From: a phage
Sequence record: PX418922.1
Length of the DNA stretch: 64,000 bases
Direction: 5' to 3' (one strand)
In this document: positions 19,390-28,962 of the stretch, piece after piece
How positions within the stretch are numbered: position 1 is the first letter of the stretch
Layout of the letters: each line of letters opens with the position of its first letter
Notes under the pieces: generated by a model
Databases searched by the model: none
The model's input: only the letters and a program-made list of their open reading frames with translations
Told to the model about the DNA's origin: nothing
Program-made: the position numbers and the translations under genes

Positions 19390-19659
19390 TTAATGATTGG
19401 TGATGTTGATGACAATCTTAGTTTCAACCTTAGCCCAACAGTAATCTGCTTCATTAAAACGACTATTCACAATGTATTCTCCTGCACGAGAACCTGTTAA
19501 GCACACTGCACCTGTATCTGTAGCCAAATAGTATTCCCGTTCTTGTTCATCTACTTCTGCAATGTAATAGTAGAAAACAGACATAGGTTCAATTTCAGAT
19601 AAACGGTATAACTTTGGAACAGGGGATTTCTCGATAAACTCAACAGAAGTTTTACTCAT
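19390..19659 (-). CDS. hypothetical protein (89 aa)
   Basis: ORF track. Confidence 0.45.
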   Translation of the reverse strand: MSKTSVEFIEKSPVPKLYRLSEIEPMSVFYYYIAEVDEQEREYYLATDTGAVCLTGSRAGEYIVNSRFNEADYCWAKVETKIVINITNH

Positions 19660-19892
19660 TTGTTTTCTCCTAGATCTAAACTAATTAAGAAGTCACGAAG
19701 GATGATCATTTGTTCTGTAGACAATGATAATACACCTTCTCCATAAATATCACCAGACCATTCAGCAGTTAGATCTAGTGTACCAGTACCAGGAAACCAA
19801 TCAACAGTGATCTGATTACCATTAGAGTCAGGTAGTATTTCACTGACTAACATAACACACTCTCCTATTATTGTTCTTGATCTTACGATCAT
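19656..19892 (-). CDS. hypothetical protein (78 aa)
   Basis: ORF track; coupled. Confidence 0.45.
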   Translation of the reverse strand: MIVRSRTIIGECVMLVSEILPDSNGNQITVDWFPGTGTLDLTAEWSGDIYGEGVLSLSTEQMIILRDFLISLDLGENK

Positions 19893-19967
19893 CTACCGAT
19901 AAGAACAAGTACTTAAATCTCTGTTCTTCGAACATCTAACGATAGAGATTAATCTATTACATAATCT

Positions 19968-20026
19968 ATACTCGCTATCGCTCGACCCTTCGGGGTTAGG
20001 GTAGCATATTTTTTGAAAAAAGTCAA
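19968..20026. repeat. conserved ~60-bp intergenic element, copy A
   Basis: TACTCGCTATCGCTCG + hairpin (CCC-TTCG-GGG) + TAGGGTAGCATATTTTTTGAAAAAAGTCAA; second copy at 52633-52690. Confidence 0.6.
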
Positions 20027-20029
20027 CAC

Positions 20030-20347
20030 TTATTTTTTGGTAAGTAGATAAATCAATTGTTCACCTGCTTCTGGTGCATATAGTGCTTTAGTATCGAAGT
20101 CAAAGAAGTGAGTGACTCCTGTTACTTTGGATGCATGAATAGATAATCGTGCAAGCTTAAGCAGATTATCCATTTCCGCAATCTTTGCACGAAATACTGC
20201 ACGTGTAGCGTCAAAAGCTGCATGTGGCATGTATTTACGATTTAGACTACTACGTTTAAATTTACGATAATCTGCAATGATCCTGTTACGTTCTTTGTTC
20301 AAGTGCTTTACCAGTGCAGTATATACATGTGGTTCTTTGTTAGCCAT
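20030..20347 (-). CDS. hypothetical protein
   Basis: ORF track frame; start moved to ATG 7 nt after GAGGAG. Confidence 0.45.
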   Translation of the reverse strand: MANKEPHVYTALVKHLNKERNRIIADYRKFKRSSLNRKYMPHAAFDATRAVFRAKIAEMDNLLKLARLSIHASKVTGVTHFFDFDTKALYAPEAGEQLIYLLTKK

Positions 20348-20552
20348 TGTTAATCTCCTCTTCATATGTTGGTAGTGCATGGTATACGATCACAGGTGCC
20401 AAGTCAAAATAAAAATGACCATTGATAACAGCTATCGTGCCATTGCGTGTTTTGTTAACTTCACAGAATCCCTTCTTGCCGTTTGCCATGATTACAAGCC
20501 ACTCTCCGATAGGAACATCCTCGGTACCAGATACTTTAATCCATCCACTCAC
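20340..20552 (-). CDS. hypothetical protein (70 aa)
   Basis: ORF track. Confidence 0.45.
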   Translation of the reverse strand: MSGWIKVSGTEDVPIGEWLVIMANGKKGFCEVNKTRNGTIAVINGHFYFDLAPVIVYHALPTYEEEINNG

Positions 20553-20809
20553 TTTACTTCCCCTTTGTAATCGGACACTATACCAGGTCTTACTTTTGCC
20601 TTAAGATGTTTCAACTCTGCCATAGGAGTTGCCACTTGTATAAGGTTAATAATTTCAACCTCGTAGATAGTATACTCATAACCCGCATACTTCCCGATGG
20701 AATGCAGGTATTTGATAGCATGTTCAGGTGAATCTGCTTCAACATACCCCAAATCTTTTGTAGTGCGGCCTTCACAGTCGCCTTCTGTAGTTACGTGATA
20801 AAGTGTCAT
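20549..20809 (-). CDS. hypothetical protein (86 aa)
   Basis: ORF track; GAGGAGG upstream. Confidence 0.45.
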   Translation of the reverse strand: MTLYHVTTEGDCEGRTTKDLGYVEADSPEHAIKYLHSIGKYAGYEYTIYEVEIINLIQVATPMAELKHLKAKVRPGIVSDYKGEVK

Positions 20810-20955
20810 AAAACCTCCTCATAGTAAGGTAAAGCCTTGATCAGTTGTTCTGAAGTGCCATTTTGCACCCACGTAACACCCTTGTCAAGAGAAACATACC
20901 CTTTCTTATTGATAAATTTACGGAGACAACCAGTGAACTTGTTTTTGTAGATCAT
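20806..20955 (-). CDS. small hypothetical protein (49 aa)
   Basis: Read manually; AAGGAAG upstream; stop overlaps next start; overlaps 3' end of 20918-21394. Confidence 0.3.
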   Translation of the reverse strand: MIYKNKFTGCLRKFINKKGYVSLDKGVTWVQNGTSEQLIKALPYYEEVL

Positions 20956-21394
20956 TTCTTCTTTCCTTTTTTAATTTGTTGTGACCTTTACCCTTATAAA
21001 GCTTGTGATTACGAGCAGACGGGTTATTTTGGTTCTCCAGTCGGCTAACAGGTGTATTCCAAAGGTTTCCTGCTACAAAAGATGCTGCCACAAGTTCTTC
21101 CAGGTATACAAAATCTAAAGCAGGTATCTTTGTTTCCCTCATCTCGCGTTCTACATTAGACAACACGCCTTCTTCCTTACTATCTTCTTTTTCAATTACA
21201 GACCAACCCTCTTCCTGCCAAGCTTCCCCTCTGAACCAAGTTTCCATGTTATAACCTTGTTCGTCGAGAATAACACCATCTCGCATCTCAAACCATTCGC
21301 CACCACAAAAATGGCGGTGCTCAACACGTCTACCTTCCTTCATTGCTTCTTTAGCTTCGGGCCAAGTCAGTTTGATGTTTTGGATGTTTTGCAT
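20918..21394 (-). CDS. hypothetical protein (158 aa)
   Basis: ORF track; first gene of the minus-strand block. Confidence 0.5.
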   Translation of the reverse strand: MQNIQNIKLTWPEAKEAMKEGRRVEHRHFCGGEWFEMRDGVILDEQGYNMETWFRGEAWQEEGWSVIEKEDSKEEGVLSNVEREMRETKIPALDFVYLEELVAASFVAGNLWNTPVSRLENQNNPSARNHKLYKGKGHNKLKKERRNDLQKQVHWLSP

Positions 21395-21423
21395 TTGTTT
21401 TCTCCTTTTGTTTGGTAGGAGTT

Positions 21424-21483
21424 GATCTTAACAAGATTAAAAAGTATGTCAATACTTGATCTGAAATTATTTTCAGGTATCAT
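21424..21483. promoter_or_regulatory. divergent sigma70-like promoter pair at the strand switch
   Basis: Minus: TTGACA-N16-TAAGAT; plus: TTGATC-N16-TATCAT ahead of 21509. Confidence 0.45.
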
Positions 21484-21508
21484 GTATGAACATTAACAAG
21501 AGAGGTAG

Positions 21509-21802
21509 ATGATGAACATTACTTTAGCAACTAAGAATATTTCTGAAACAATTAACGGTTTTGGTGTGATTGTAGCCTTGCACGGTAACAATGAGAAATG
21601 GTTGGCTTCTTTTGAAGAGGATCGTCAACACAACATTATTTTAGATGCCCCTATAAAAGTTATGCATATCGTTGGTGAAAACAAAGTGCTCACTTCCTCC
21701 CGTTCAAAGGAACAAATTACAAACGAATTAGTAAAACTGCTTGACAATGTTCTTAACATGTTTGATAATGCACCCATCGACACAAAACGTGTCTTAATGT
21801 GA
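21509..21802 (+). CDS. hypothetical protein (97 aa)
   Basis: ORF track. Confidence 0.5.
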   Translation: MMNITLATKNISETINGFGVIVALHGNNEKWLASFEEDRQHNIILDAPIKVMHIVGENKVLTSSRSKEQITNELVKLLDNVLNMFDNAPIDTKRVLM

Positions 21803-21814
21803 GAGGAGAACCAA

Positions 21815-22099
21815 ATGTATTATTCACAAAATGAAGCAGCAAACATTAAACTGGCAGTTGGCGATCTTATTGTGTCACCTAACTACCATTGGGATAACAC
21901 AGATTTGGTTGAAGTAGTAACTCATGTTGGGTTTGAGGGTGTTGTGCTCTACACATTAGGTGGAGGTGTTGTTGGGGAAATGGAACGTTATACAACAACG
22001 AAGAAACTGGTAAGCTCTTATCGCATGTTTTTACACCAAGGTTCGGAAGAGTATACAGCTTTCTTGTTGAAATTAGATGCAGATCGGGAGAAGGCATGA
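21815..22099 (+). CDS. hypothetical protein (94 aa)
   Basis: ORF track. Confidence 0.5.
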   Translation: MYYSQNEAANIKLAVGDLIVSPNYHWDNTDLVEVVTHVGFEGVVLYTLGGGVVGEMERYTTTKKLVSSYRMFLHQGSEEYTAFLLKLDADREKA

Positions 22100-22455
22100 T
22101 GAAAATTGTACACGATGAAATTCAAATAGAAGAAAGTGACCTGATGGATTTGGATGCAGCTTTGGGGAAGGTAATCTATGCAGGAATTAAAGCCTTCCGT
22201 GAGAAGGCAAACAATAGCACGTTTGTCATGATCCCCACTAAACTGATGCGTGTTTTGTATCCAAATAGAAGTGCGCCGTATACAGATGAAGAAGAGGAGA
22301 CAGGTAGAAGAGAGTGGTTAAATATTTTAGAAAAGATGGAGAATGCTTTTATTGATAGTGGTAATCCAGAAATCGTGTATGCTGAAGATCAAAGGAAGGC
22401 ACGGTTAGAGGGCCGTCTTTTATTCGCTAGTTATTTTGATAATCTTTGGAGCTAA
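22096..22455 (+). CDS. hypothetical protein (119 aa)
   Basis: ORF track; ATGA overlap. Confidence 0.5.
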   Translation: MMKIVHDEIQIEESDLMDLDAALGKVIYAGIKAFREKANNSTFVMIPTKLMRVLYPNRSAPYTDEEEETGRREWLNILEKMENAFIDSGNPEIVYAEDQRKARLEGRLLFASYFDNLWS

Positions 22456-22457
22456 AT

Positions 22458-22634
22458 ATGTCTGAATTCTTCACAATGGCTTTCTTAGGGATCTATCTGA
22501 TTATTAGTGCTGTTGGCTTAATCATGTCTCTAATAGAGGAAATGGGAATTAAGTGGAATTGTGCATTCGGTATAGCTCTTATGCTCACTCCGGTTTGGAT
22601 CTACATCTGCAAAGCAGTTGAACTAATTGGTTAA
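22458..22634 (+). CDS. small membrane protein
   Basis: Start moved to ATG after GGAG; two hydrophobic helices. Confidence 0.45.
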   Translation: MSEFFTMAFLGIYLIISAVGLIMSLIEEMGIKWNCAFGIALMLTPVWIYICKAVELIG

Positions 22635-22645
22635 TAGGGGGTAAT

Positions 22646-22897
22646 ATGATTCAGTTTCAAAAAGGTCAAAAGATGACGGTATACGACGCAAAAGATATGG
22701 AATTTGCACTTGAACTTCTCGAAGATGCAGGTTTTGTGTGGATCAACGGCGGAGAGAAGCCTACGGCTTGGCTTCCACATGAAAAAGTAGTCAACCACAC
22801 CTTTCCTGACAGTATCAACTGGCATTCTGATGGTAAGATTTGCCGTGGAAGTTACCCAACAGGTGTCGAGTGGACCATTAAATTAGGAGGGCTTTAA
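22646..22897 (+). CDS. hypothetical protein (83 aa)
   Basis: ORF track. Confidence 0.5.
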   Translation: MIQFQKGQKMTVYDAKDMEFALELLEDAGFVWINGGEKPTAWLPHEKVVNHTFPDSINWHSDGKICRGSYPTGVEWTIKLGGL

Positions 22898-22898
22898 T

Positions 22899-23237
22899 AT
22901 GTTTAGTAAAGAGATGAGAGACGTAATTGCCACTCTGGTAGTTGATCATGGTGTTGAAGTTGAGCGTCACGTTTGGAAAGATGAGCCTCCTTTCTTTGAT
23001 TTGGCATCACGGGCTAAAAGTCACATGTATCTCCTTGAAGATGATAAGGATTTTATTCTGCGTATGCGTTATGATCGAGAGTTTAGAATTCCTCTTGACA
23101 CAGATCCTGATGATGTAGTATTGTGGTTGGCAGAGCATTTCGCATTTAACGCTCTACATGGAAGAAGTTTTGGTAATGAACGTTGGGATACCATTTGTCG
23201 TAAACATAATATTGAACCAGAATACGGGAGTATGTAA
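22899..23237 (+). CDS. hypothetical protein (112 aa)
   Basis: ORF track. Confidence 0.5.
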   Translation: MFSKEMRDVIATLVVDHGVEVERHVWKDEPPFFDLASRAKSHMYLLEDDKDFILRMRYDREFRIPLDTDPDDVVLWLAEHFAFNALHGRSFGNERWDTICRKHNIEPEYGSM

Positions 23238-23488
23238 TGTTAAGCATCAAACCTAAAATGATTACTGAAGATCAAAAAGATTACATTTATAAATGTGGTC
23301 GGGTGTGGAAAGAATACACTAAAGGTAATGAAGTTATTGTAGTTACGGAACATGCTATTTCTTTATCAGATCTTTTTGGTGATTATTTGCAAGTCATTAA
23401 AATTGGTATTGACAGAGGTTTGGTGCAGGTGTTAACATTATCCCAAGTTGAAGCAGAACACTTAGACAAAATCATTGTCGAGTTCTAA
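23237..23488 (+). CDS. hypothetical protein (83 aa)
   Basis: ORF track. Confidence 0.5.
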   Translation: MLSIKPKMITEDQKDYIYKCGRVWKEYTKGNEVIVVTEHAISLSDLFGDYLQVIKIGIDRGLVQVLTLSQVEAEHLDKIIVEF

Positions 23489-23501
23489 GAGGAGAAAGAA
23501 T

Positions 23502-23666
23502 ATGATCTCTTTAGAATCAATAGCTTTTAAGAAAGGGTATACCGCAGGGTTCAAGTTTGGTATGTTTAATAAAGTAAATCCATACTGTCCAATGACACAC
23601 AAAAAGGAATTTGAAGAATGGGAAGATGGATTTTCTAAAGGCTACCAGGCAAAGGGTTGGTTGTAA
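23502..23666 (+). CDS. small hypothetical protein
   Basis: Start moved to ATG after GAGGAG. Confidence 0.45.
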   Translation: MISLESIAFKKGYTAGFKFGMFNKVNPYCPMTHKKEFEEWEDGFSKGYQAKGWL

Positions 23667-23675
23667 GGAGAGAAT

Positions 23676-23840
23676 ATGATTTTAAACTTCATCATCAACT
23701 TGTGTTTGACATTGGGACTACTCTGTGCAATAGTATCCCCTCTGATTGGTGAATATTTTTCTGAACTGGCGATGTTTATAGTTCTTGGTGCGGCTGTTGC
23801 TAACATGTTTGTCGCTGCGATTTGTATGTTGTGGGAATAG
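23676..23840 (+). CDS. small hydrophobic membrane peptide (54 aa)
   Basis: Read manually; AGGAGAG upstream; below ORF-track cutoff. Confidence 0.35.
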   Translation: MILNFIINLCLTLGLLCAIVSPLIGEYFSELAMFIVLGAAVANMFVAAICMLWE

Positions 23841-23851
23841 GAGGGAAGTTT

Positions 23852-24208
23852 ATGAAAAAATTAATCTTAGCCACATTGCTGGCTACCGTAAGCTTCACCA
23901 CTTACGCTCAAAAATTTGTAGCAGTTAAAACAGATATTGGTAAAGATGTTGTGATCACAGGCAACAAGTTTTACTATACACCTGGAAATGGTGTTCTAGA
24001 AGAGTGTAAAGATGTTGAGGCATATACAGGAAAAGAAGATAACACGGAACGTCCTTTTTATTCGATTATAGCCACTTGCAAAAATGAAATAGTAGCTATT
24101 AAACAATATAAAGATGCCCCTGGAGGAGAATACTTATTAGTCAAGAATATTAAGAGTGAAAAAACTGCAAAGTTTACAGTAATTATTTTAAAAGGAGAAA
24201 CGTTCTAA
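23852..24208 (+). CDS. secreted hypothetical protein
   Basis: Start moved to MKKLILATLLATVSFTTYA signal peptide. Confidence 0.5.
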   Translation: MKKLILATLLATVSFTTYAQKFVAVKTDIGKDVVITGNKFYYTPGNGVLEECKDVEAYTGKEDNTERPFYSIIATCKNEIVAIKQYKDAPGGEYLLVKNIKSEKTAKFTVIILKGETF

Positions 24209-25347
24209 TGAAATACACTATTTTTGGAGATGTGGCTGTTGTAAATAAGGAATATGGTGTTGAAGCTAATAAACTTCCTGCTGGAGTTTGGGTTGTCAAC
24301 TGCGATCCGCACGGTAACTACTCTTTAGTGCGTGGCGAAAGTTTCTCTCTTCCGAACACTCTTTATGGGGAAACTAAAGACCGCGCCGCACATGTTATTA
24401 AAACATTTGCTCGTCGTAGTAAAGAAGGTAAAAATACTGGGGTGTTACTGACAGGCACAAAAGGCAGTGGTAAGACGATGTTAGCTAAACTAATTAGCAT
24501 GTCCCTAATGTCCACAGAAGGTTTAGGTATTCCAACCATTTTGGTTACACAGCCTTACACAGATGCTGGCTTCTTAGAATTTATGAGTAAAATTACAGAT
24601 CGTGCTGTTGTTTTATTTGACGAATTTGATAAAGTGTACGCTAAGAAAGAAGATCAGGAAGCACTGTTGACCTTGTTGGATGGAACAGGAAGTGGGAATA
24701 AACTTTACATCCTAACTAAAAATAGTGGTTATATCTCGGAATATTTTGTAAACCGTCCTAGTCGTATCTATTACAGTTTCAATTACGATAAACTGTCTAG
24801 TGAAACTATGTTAGATTACTTGGATAAGAACTTGGTAAATAAAAAACACGTAGATAACTTCCAACGTTTATGGGATGTTAGCACAGAGTTGTCTTTCGAT
24901 GTTATTCAAGGTATTGTAGAAGAATTGAATTTCTATCCAAAAATGACTTTTAAAGAATGTCTTGAAATGATGGGTATTTCTTTAGGCAACGATGCTAAAT
25001 GGAATGTGGCTTCTATCGTAGCTAATGGCAAAACTCTGAAGGTGAATTGGATCAATAACTGGCACGACTTCACCCCTACTAAGTTTTTGTCGGGTGCTTG
25101 TTCCCTGAACATCTATCTGCAAAGCTTGAAAGATGATGAAGTGGAAGCAATGGAAACCAACAGTTATGTTATCCTGGATGAAGATGGTGATCCACATATT
25201 GATCTATGTGCAACTGCTGATGGTCTAACTTGTGATCTGATTGAAGGTGGTAAGATCCTGGTGATGAGCACTACACCAGGAAACACTCTGCGAGTGGTGC
25301 TGGAGCCTGTAACACAACGTTCCACCACATTAGGTAGCGTGTTCTAA
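24208..25347 (+). CDS. AAA+ family ATPase
   Basis: Walker A GTKGSGKT and Walker B VVLFDEFDK. Confidence 0.6.
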   Translation: MKYTIFGDVAVVNKEYGVEANKLPAGVWVVNCDPHGNYSLVRGESFSLPNTLYGETKDRAAHVIKTFARRSKEGKNTGVLLTGTKGSGKTMLAKLISMSLMSTEGLGIPTILVTQPYTDAGFLEFMSKITDRAVVLFDEFDKVYAKKEDQEALLTLLDGTGSGNKLYILTKNSGYISEYFVNRPSRIYYSFNYDKLSSETMLDYLDKNLVNKKHVDNFQRLWDVSTELSFDVIQGIVEELNFYPKMTFKECLEMMGISLGNDAKWNVASIVANGKTLKVNWINNWHDFTPTKFLSGACSLNIYLQSLKDDEVEAMETNSYVILDEDGDPHIDLCATADGLTCDLIEGGKILVMSTTPGNTLRVVLEPVTQRSTTLGSVF

Positions 25348-25366
25348 TAAGTTGAGATTTATTAAA

Positions 25367-25388
25367 CCCGCTTCGGCGGGTTTTCTCT
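25367..25388 (+). terminator. intrinsic terminator
   Basis: CCCGC-TTCG-GCGGG hairpin followed by TTTTCTCTT. Confidence 0.6.
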
Positions 25389-25422
25389 TGTATGGATATC
25401 AGATTAATAAGAGGAGCAACAG

Positions 25423-26409
25423 ATGGCAGCACCAAAATCATGGGAACAATATAAAGAAGAGTGTCAACCAATAGCAGAGAGTAAGCAAATCCAAATCTTA
25501 GGATGGACGGGAGAATGGAAAGGGGTTAATACAAAACTTGATTTGTTGTGTCATTGTGGTTATAAATGGGATACTACAAGTATTAACAATTTTAAACGTG
25601 GTAGTGGTTGTCCTTTATGTGGATATGAGAATACAAGGAAGGCACAAACAATATCCGACGATCAACATATTGCAGATTTCTTTTCTACAGGGAAGTTTAA
25701 GGAAGGCACTATTTTCACCAATACGGGGGAACGTAAAGGGTGTGATCCAGTATGGATGATTCAGTGTCCTGTTTGTTCTCATGATGAATATGTTAAAGCT
25801 GGACTATGTGATGGTAAGTTTTATATGACGCGTGGCAATCTTAAATATGGATACTTACCCTGCCGTTGCTCTGCATCTTATAGGTATACAGCGGAACAGA
25901 TTACGTATAAAGTAAGAAAGAAAATAGAAAAGAAAGGGTATGTTTGGATAGGATGGATTACCAAACCATCTTCTATAGGTAAGTTTAAATATATATGTAA
26001 GAGTCATGGGGAACAAAAAGGAACTGCAAACAACCTTTTAAACATAGGACAAGGTTGTCCGCAGTGTGCTAACAAAAATCAACAACAAGCCTACATTAAT
26101 TATATTTACGATGAGCAAGATATTATCTGTGCACTGAAGTTTGGTATTGCTAATAATAGTAATCGCCGTATGAAAGAACAAAATAGTCATAATGTGTTCA
26201 CTATGAAACAACACCAAGTGTGGCACTTCCCTACTGTTAAGCAATGCCAAAACGCAGAGAAATATTGCAAGAAGGTGTTAAACACGGAAGCAGTGAGCAA
26301 ATATTCTATGCAAGATGGCTACACAGAAACAGTGGAGCTATCTTGCATGGCATCCGTACAGAATATTTATAAACTTTATGGTGGAACATTACAGGAGGAA
26401 ACATGTTAG
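25423..26409 (+). CDS. zinc-ribbon repeat protein with C-terminal GIY-YIG / T5orf172-like domain, copy 1
   Basis: Repeated CxxC pairs; C-terminal YINYIY-(10)-KFGIA...R; paralog at 42111-43091. Confidence 0.45.
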   Translation: MAAPKSWEQYKEECQPIAESKQIQILGWTGEWKGVNTKLDLLCHCGYKWDTTSINNFKRGSGCPLCGYENTRKAQTISDDQHIADFFSTGKFKEGTIFTNTGERKGCDPVWMIQCPVCSHDEYVKAGLCDGKFYMTRGNLKYGYLPCRCSASYRYTAEQITYKVRKKIEKKGYVWIGWITKPSSIGKFKYICKSHGEQKGTANNLLNIGQGCPQCANKNQQQAYINYIYDEQDIICALKFGIANNSNRRMKEQNSHNVFTMKQHQVWHFPTVKQCQNAEKYCKKVLNTEAVSKYSMQDGYTETVELSCMASVQNIYKLYGGTLQEETC

Positions 26410-26768
26410 TTGACGTTCAAATTATGCGCAACGAAAGAATGGACTTCTTTGAAGCAGTAGAGAAACATCTGATCAGATGGGACTATGAATTTGTTCCTGC
26501 TGGATGTGGACCAGTAGAGCATTTAGCGGAAGACGACGATGTATACATGATCATTCGTCAAGTGTACCAGACAGACCAGTGTGAAGAAACGCCCGAACTG
26601 ATTTTGTTTGAGTGTAAAGATCTTGCAAAATATTTTGACTATGGCGGAAAAGAGGGTCATAATCTCTCCAGATACAATAAACGTCTACTTATCTTAGACT
26701 ACATGCGGAACAACAAACACAAACTCATCGACGCAGACGCAGTTTATGGCTACTGGTGGATGGATTAA
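26403..26768 (+). CDS. hypothetical protein (121 aa)
   Basis: ORF track. Confidence 0.5.
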   Translation: MLVDVQIMRNERMDFFEAVEKHLIRWDYEFVPAGCGPVEHLAEDDDVYMIIRQVYQTDQCEETPELILFECKDLAKYFDYGGKEGHNLSRYNKRLLILDYMRNNKHKLIDADAVYGYWWMD

Positions 26769-26781
26769 CAAAGGAGAAACT

Positions 26782-26970
26782 ATGGCACGTTTAGCAGATA
26801 ACCCTGTATTCTACCCCGTTCTTGATCTTTATGATGAATTGACATATGTTGTGGAGCGGTATAATTACAATGAAGACCTCTTGGAGACAAACCTTAAAGT
26901 AGTTCTGATGAAAGCCTATCAGCAAGGGCAACGTGAAATTTTGGAGAGTATGAAAAATGCGAATAACTGA
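26782..26970 (+). CDS. small hypothetical protein
   Basis: Start moved to ATG after AAAGGAG. Confidence 0.45.
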   Translation: MARLADNPVFYPVLDLYDELTYVVERYNYNEDLLETNLKVVLMKAYQQGQREILESMKNANN

Positions 26971-27499
26971 TGATTATGTATTCTTCTTTTCACATAAAGA
27001 TGTTTTTAGTAATTGGTATATTGCACCCTTTACAGAAACCGAACCAGGTTACAATCAGACATTTAATTGTGTCGAACAATACATGATGTGGCGTAAAGCT
27101 TTGCTTTTTAATGACCACAACACTGCACAGGCTATTCTGACTCATAGTTTGATACGGAAAGATGAGAAGATCCAAGCTTATTACAAACGTATGGGTAAGG
27201 CAGTGTCGGATTTTGATAACAACGTATGGGAAGAGAACCGTGAGCGTATTGTTATGCGAGGTTTATGCTTGAAATATGTACAGAATCCAGATTTGTATGC
27301 AGACTTACACCTTTACCAATACAAAACGTTTGTTGAAGCAAGCCCCTACGATAAGGTTTACGGAATTGGAATGGGGATGTATGAACCAGGGGTGCTAAAC
27401 CCTGCCACCTGGAAAGGGCAGAATCTTTTAGGTAAATATCATAATAAACTGATCGAAATACTTTTCCCAGACAAAATACCGCAAAGACGATATTTGTGA
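26957..27499 (+). CDS. NADAR (YbiA-like) domain protein
   Basis: FFFSHKDVFSNWY near N-terminus and YGIGMGMYEPG near C-terminus resemble the NADAR/DUF1768 fold. Confidence 0.5.
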   Translation: MRITDDYVFFFSHKDVFSNWYIAPFTETEPGYNQTFNCVEQYMMWRKALLFNDHNTAQAILTHSLIRKDEKIQAYYKRMGKAVSDFDNNVWEENRERIVMRGLCLKYVQNPDLYADLHLYQYKTFVEASPYDKVYGIGMGMYEPGVLNPATWKGQNLLGKYHNKLIEILFPDKIPQRRYL

Positions 27500-27740
27500 T
27501 ATTTTAACTTTTTTCATTTTTAGAACAAAGGTGTCACTTTGTAGCACAGAAATAAGGCTCCTACAGCACCGTAGAGAGCCTGTTATTTTGTCCTATACAA
27601 ACCCTTGTCTTTTTCAGTTTGCATCACTAGGATTCGATCTAAGTAGGTTCCTGAAGGTCTACCAATAAGATTAAAGGTTATCTCAAATTACCACTACCTG
27701 TTATCTCAAAAATTCCTCAAATTATTTAAACTTTTTAAGA

Positions 27741-27920
27741 ATTTACAAAAGTGAAAGTTGAAAACCAAAATTTAAAGTTTAGGAAAATTATCTTAAAATG
27801 TCAGATACAAAACAAAACTCAAAAGTCAAGGAAAATTTTAAAAATTTTGCGCGCCCACAGTATTTAAAGTTTTTTTGCTTTTACAAAAATGAAAGTACAA
27901 AAGCAAAATTTAAAGTTTAC
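27741..27920. repeat. two ~40-bp imperfect direct repeats in an AT-rich intergenic region
   Basis: TTTACAAAAGTGAAAGTTGAAAACCAAAATTTAAAGTTTA (27741-27780) and TTTTACAAAAATGAAAGTACAAAAGCAAAATTTAAAGTTTAC (27879-27920). Confidence 0.6.
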
Positions 27921-27967
27921 AAAAATTTATGCAGATGGGAATGAGAAGAGTTCTCATGTGGAAATGC

Positions 27968-28046
27968 AAATGATAATGATTCGCATTTAGGTTTATAAAT
28001 GAGATTGATTCTTATTTAATAAAGTAAATGATAATCATTCTCATTT
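27968..28046. promoter_or_regulatory. three Fur-box-like palindromic sites
   Basis: AAATGATAATGATTCGCATTT, AAATGAGATTGATTCTTATTT, AAATGATAATCATTCTCATTT; core GATAATCATTCTC is 1 mismatch from the Fur-box 3' 13-mer. Confidence 0.4.
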
Positions 28047-28304
28047 AGAGAATGACGCGCAGGGGCGGTGTTTGTCTCGCGCTCCCGTGTCCCCTCGCCA
28101 TGTACTAAGAATAACAGATCCAGCCAGGAAAGCAAGCGATTATTTTATCTTTACATTTCTTTACAAATATATAGCGCCCAGCCTACCGGCGATCAACCTT
28201 CCAACCAGTGCCCCTGGTATGTTAGCCCCGCCTTTACGCCGTGGGGTGGCGCTTCCTCTTCTGTATGTAAAACAGTATAAGCCCTATCCCTGGGCTTGTC
28301 AAGA

Positions 28305-28571
28305 TTATTTTTTGTTTTCTTGCCAGGTCAGGACACCTAGCCAAAAATGAATATCACCTTTTCCCCAATGTGGTATATTGCTTTCTTTCCCACCTTCACG
28401 CGCCCAGGTAAAACCGCCCGTGTAACTTTGTAATTGATAACTATCCTCGACCTTATAATCTGATAGGTTGAGAACGGTTTCAACCTTTAAGCCCGTTGCG
28501 CTTGCTACCTGGTGCACCGTGCCGCCTTGCCAGCCCAATGAGTGCATAAGATGTAATGTAGTATTTGTCAT
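28305..28571 (-). CDS. hypothetical protein (88 aa), GC-rich
   Basis: ORF track; AAGGG upstream; lies in an otherwise non-coding stretch, so uncertain. Confidence 0.3.
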   Translation of the reverse strand: MTNTTLHLMHSLGWQGGTVHQVASATGLKVETVLNLSDYKVEDSYQLQSYTGGFTWAREGGKESNIPHWGKGDIHFWLGVLTWQENKK

Positions 28572-28680
28572 GGTGTCGCCCTTTCTTTGTTGTGCGCCCT
28601 GGTTGGCGCGGTAGAAAGATGATAGCCCTTTCCTTTATATATAGCAAGCAAAAAGAAAATAAAAAAGATTGAAAAAGTGG

Positions 28681-28738
28681 TTGACGTTCGCCAGGTGGCG
28701 GCATAATATTTACCACGTAGCGCGGCAATGGTGCCGCT
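28681..28738 (+). promoter_or_regulatory. island promoter + 5' leader hairpin (P1)
   Basis: TTGACG-N17-TAATAT-TTACCAC-GTAG then hairpin GCGGCA-ATGG-TGCCGC. Confidence 0.55.
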
Positions 28739-28758
28739 CACTATTTGGAGTTAAGATC

Positions 28759-28956
28759 ATGGCAACATTGCACATTGTGGCGAAAGCTGGACAAATCAAC
28801 GTAATAGTAAACGGTTTTACTGAGTTCAGTCATCCCCAGGATGATCATGAAACGGTTTTATCTTTCATTGATTCCCTGTTAGAAATGGGAGTCATTACAG
28901 AAGACCAGCACGCTACAAAATGCAAGCGCGTTAATCAAATTGCAGGGATAGAATAA
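28759..28956 (+). CDS. island small protein (65 aa)
   Basis: ATG after GGAG; ORF-track frame trimmed so the start is downstream of the leader hairpin. Confidence 0.5.
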   Translation: MATLHIVAKAGQINVIVNGFTEFSHPQDDHETVLSFIDSLLEMGVITEDQHATKCKRVNQIAGIE

Positions 28957-28962
28957 AAAGTA

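Noticed and set aside
28068-28350. Plus-strand ORFs 28068-28280 and 28072-28350 in the GC-rich stretch before the island
   Set aside because: They overlap each other in different frames, translate to Ser/Pro/Arg-rich low-complexity sequence, and have no RBS; more likely non-coding or a structured RNA. The minus-strand ORF 28305-28571 is kept only at low confidence.
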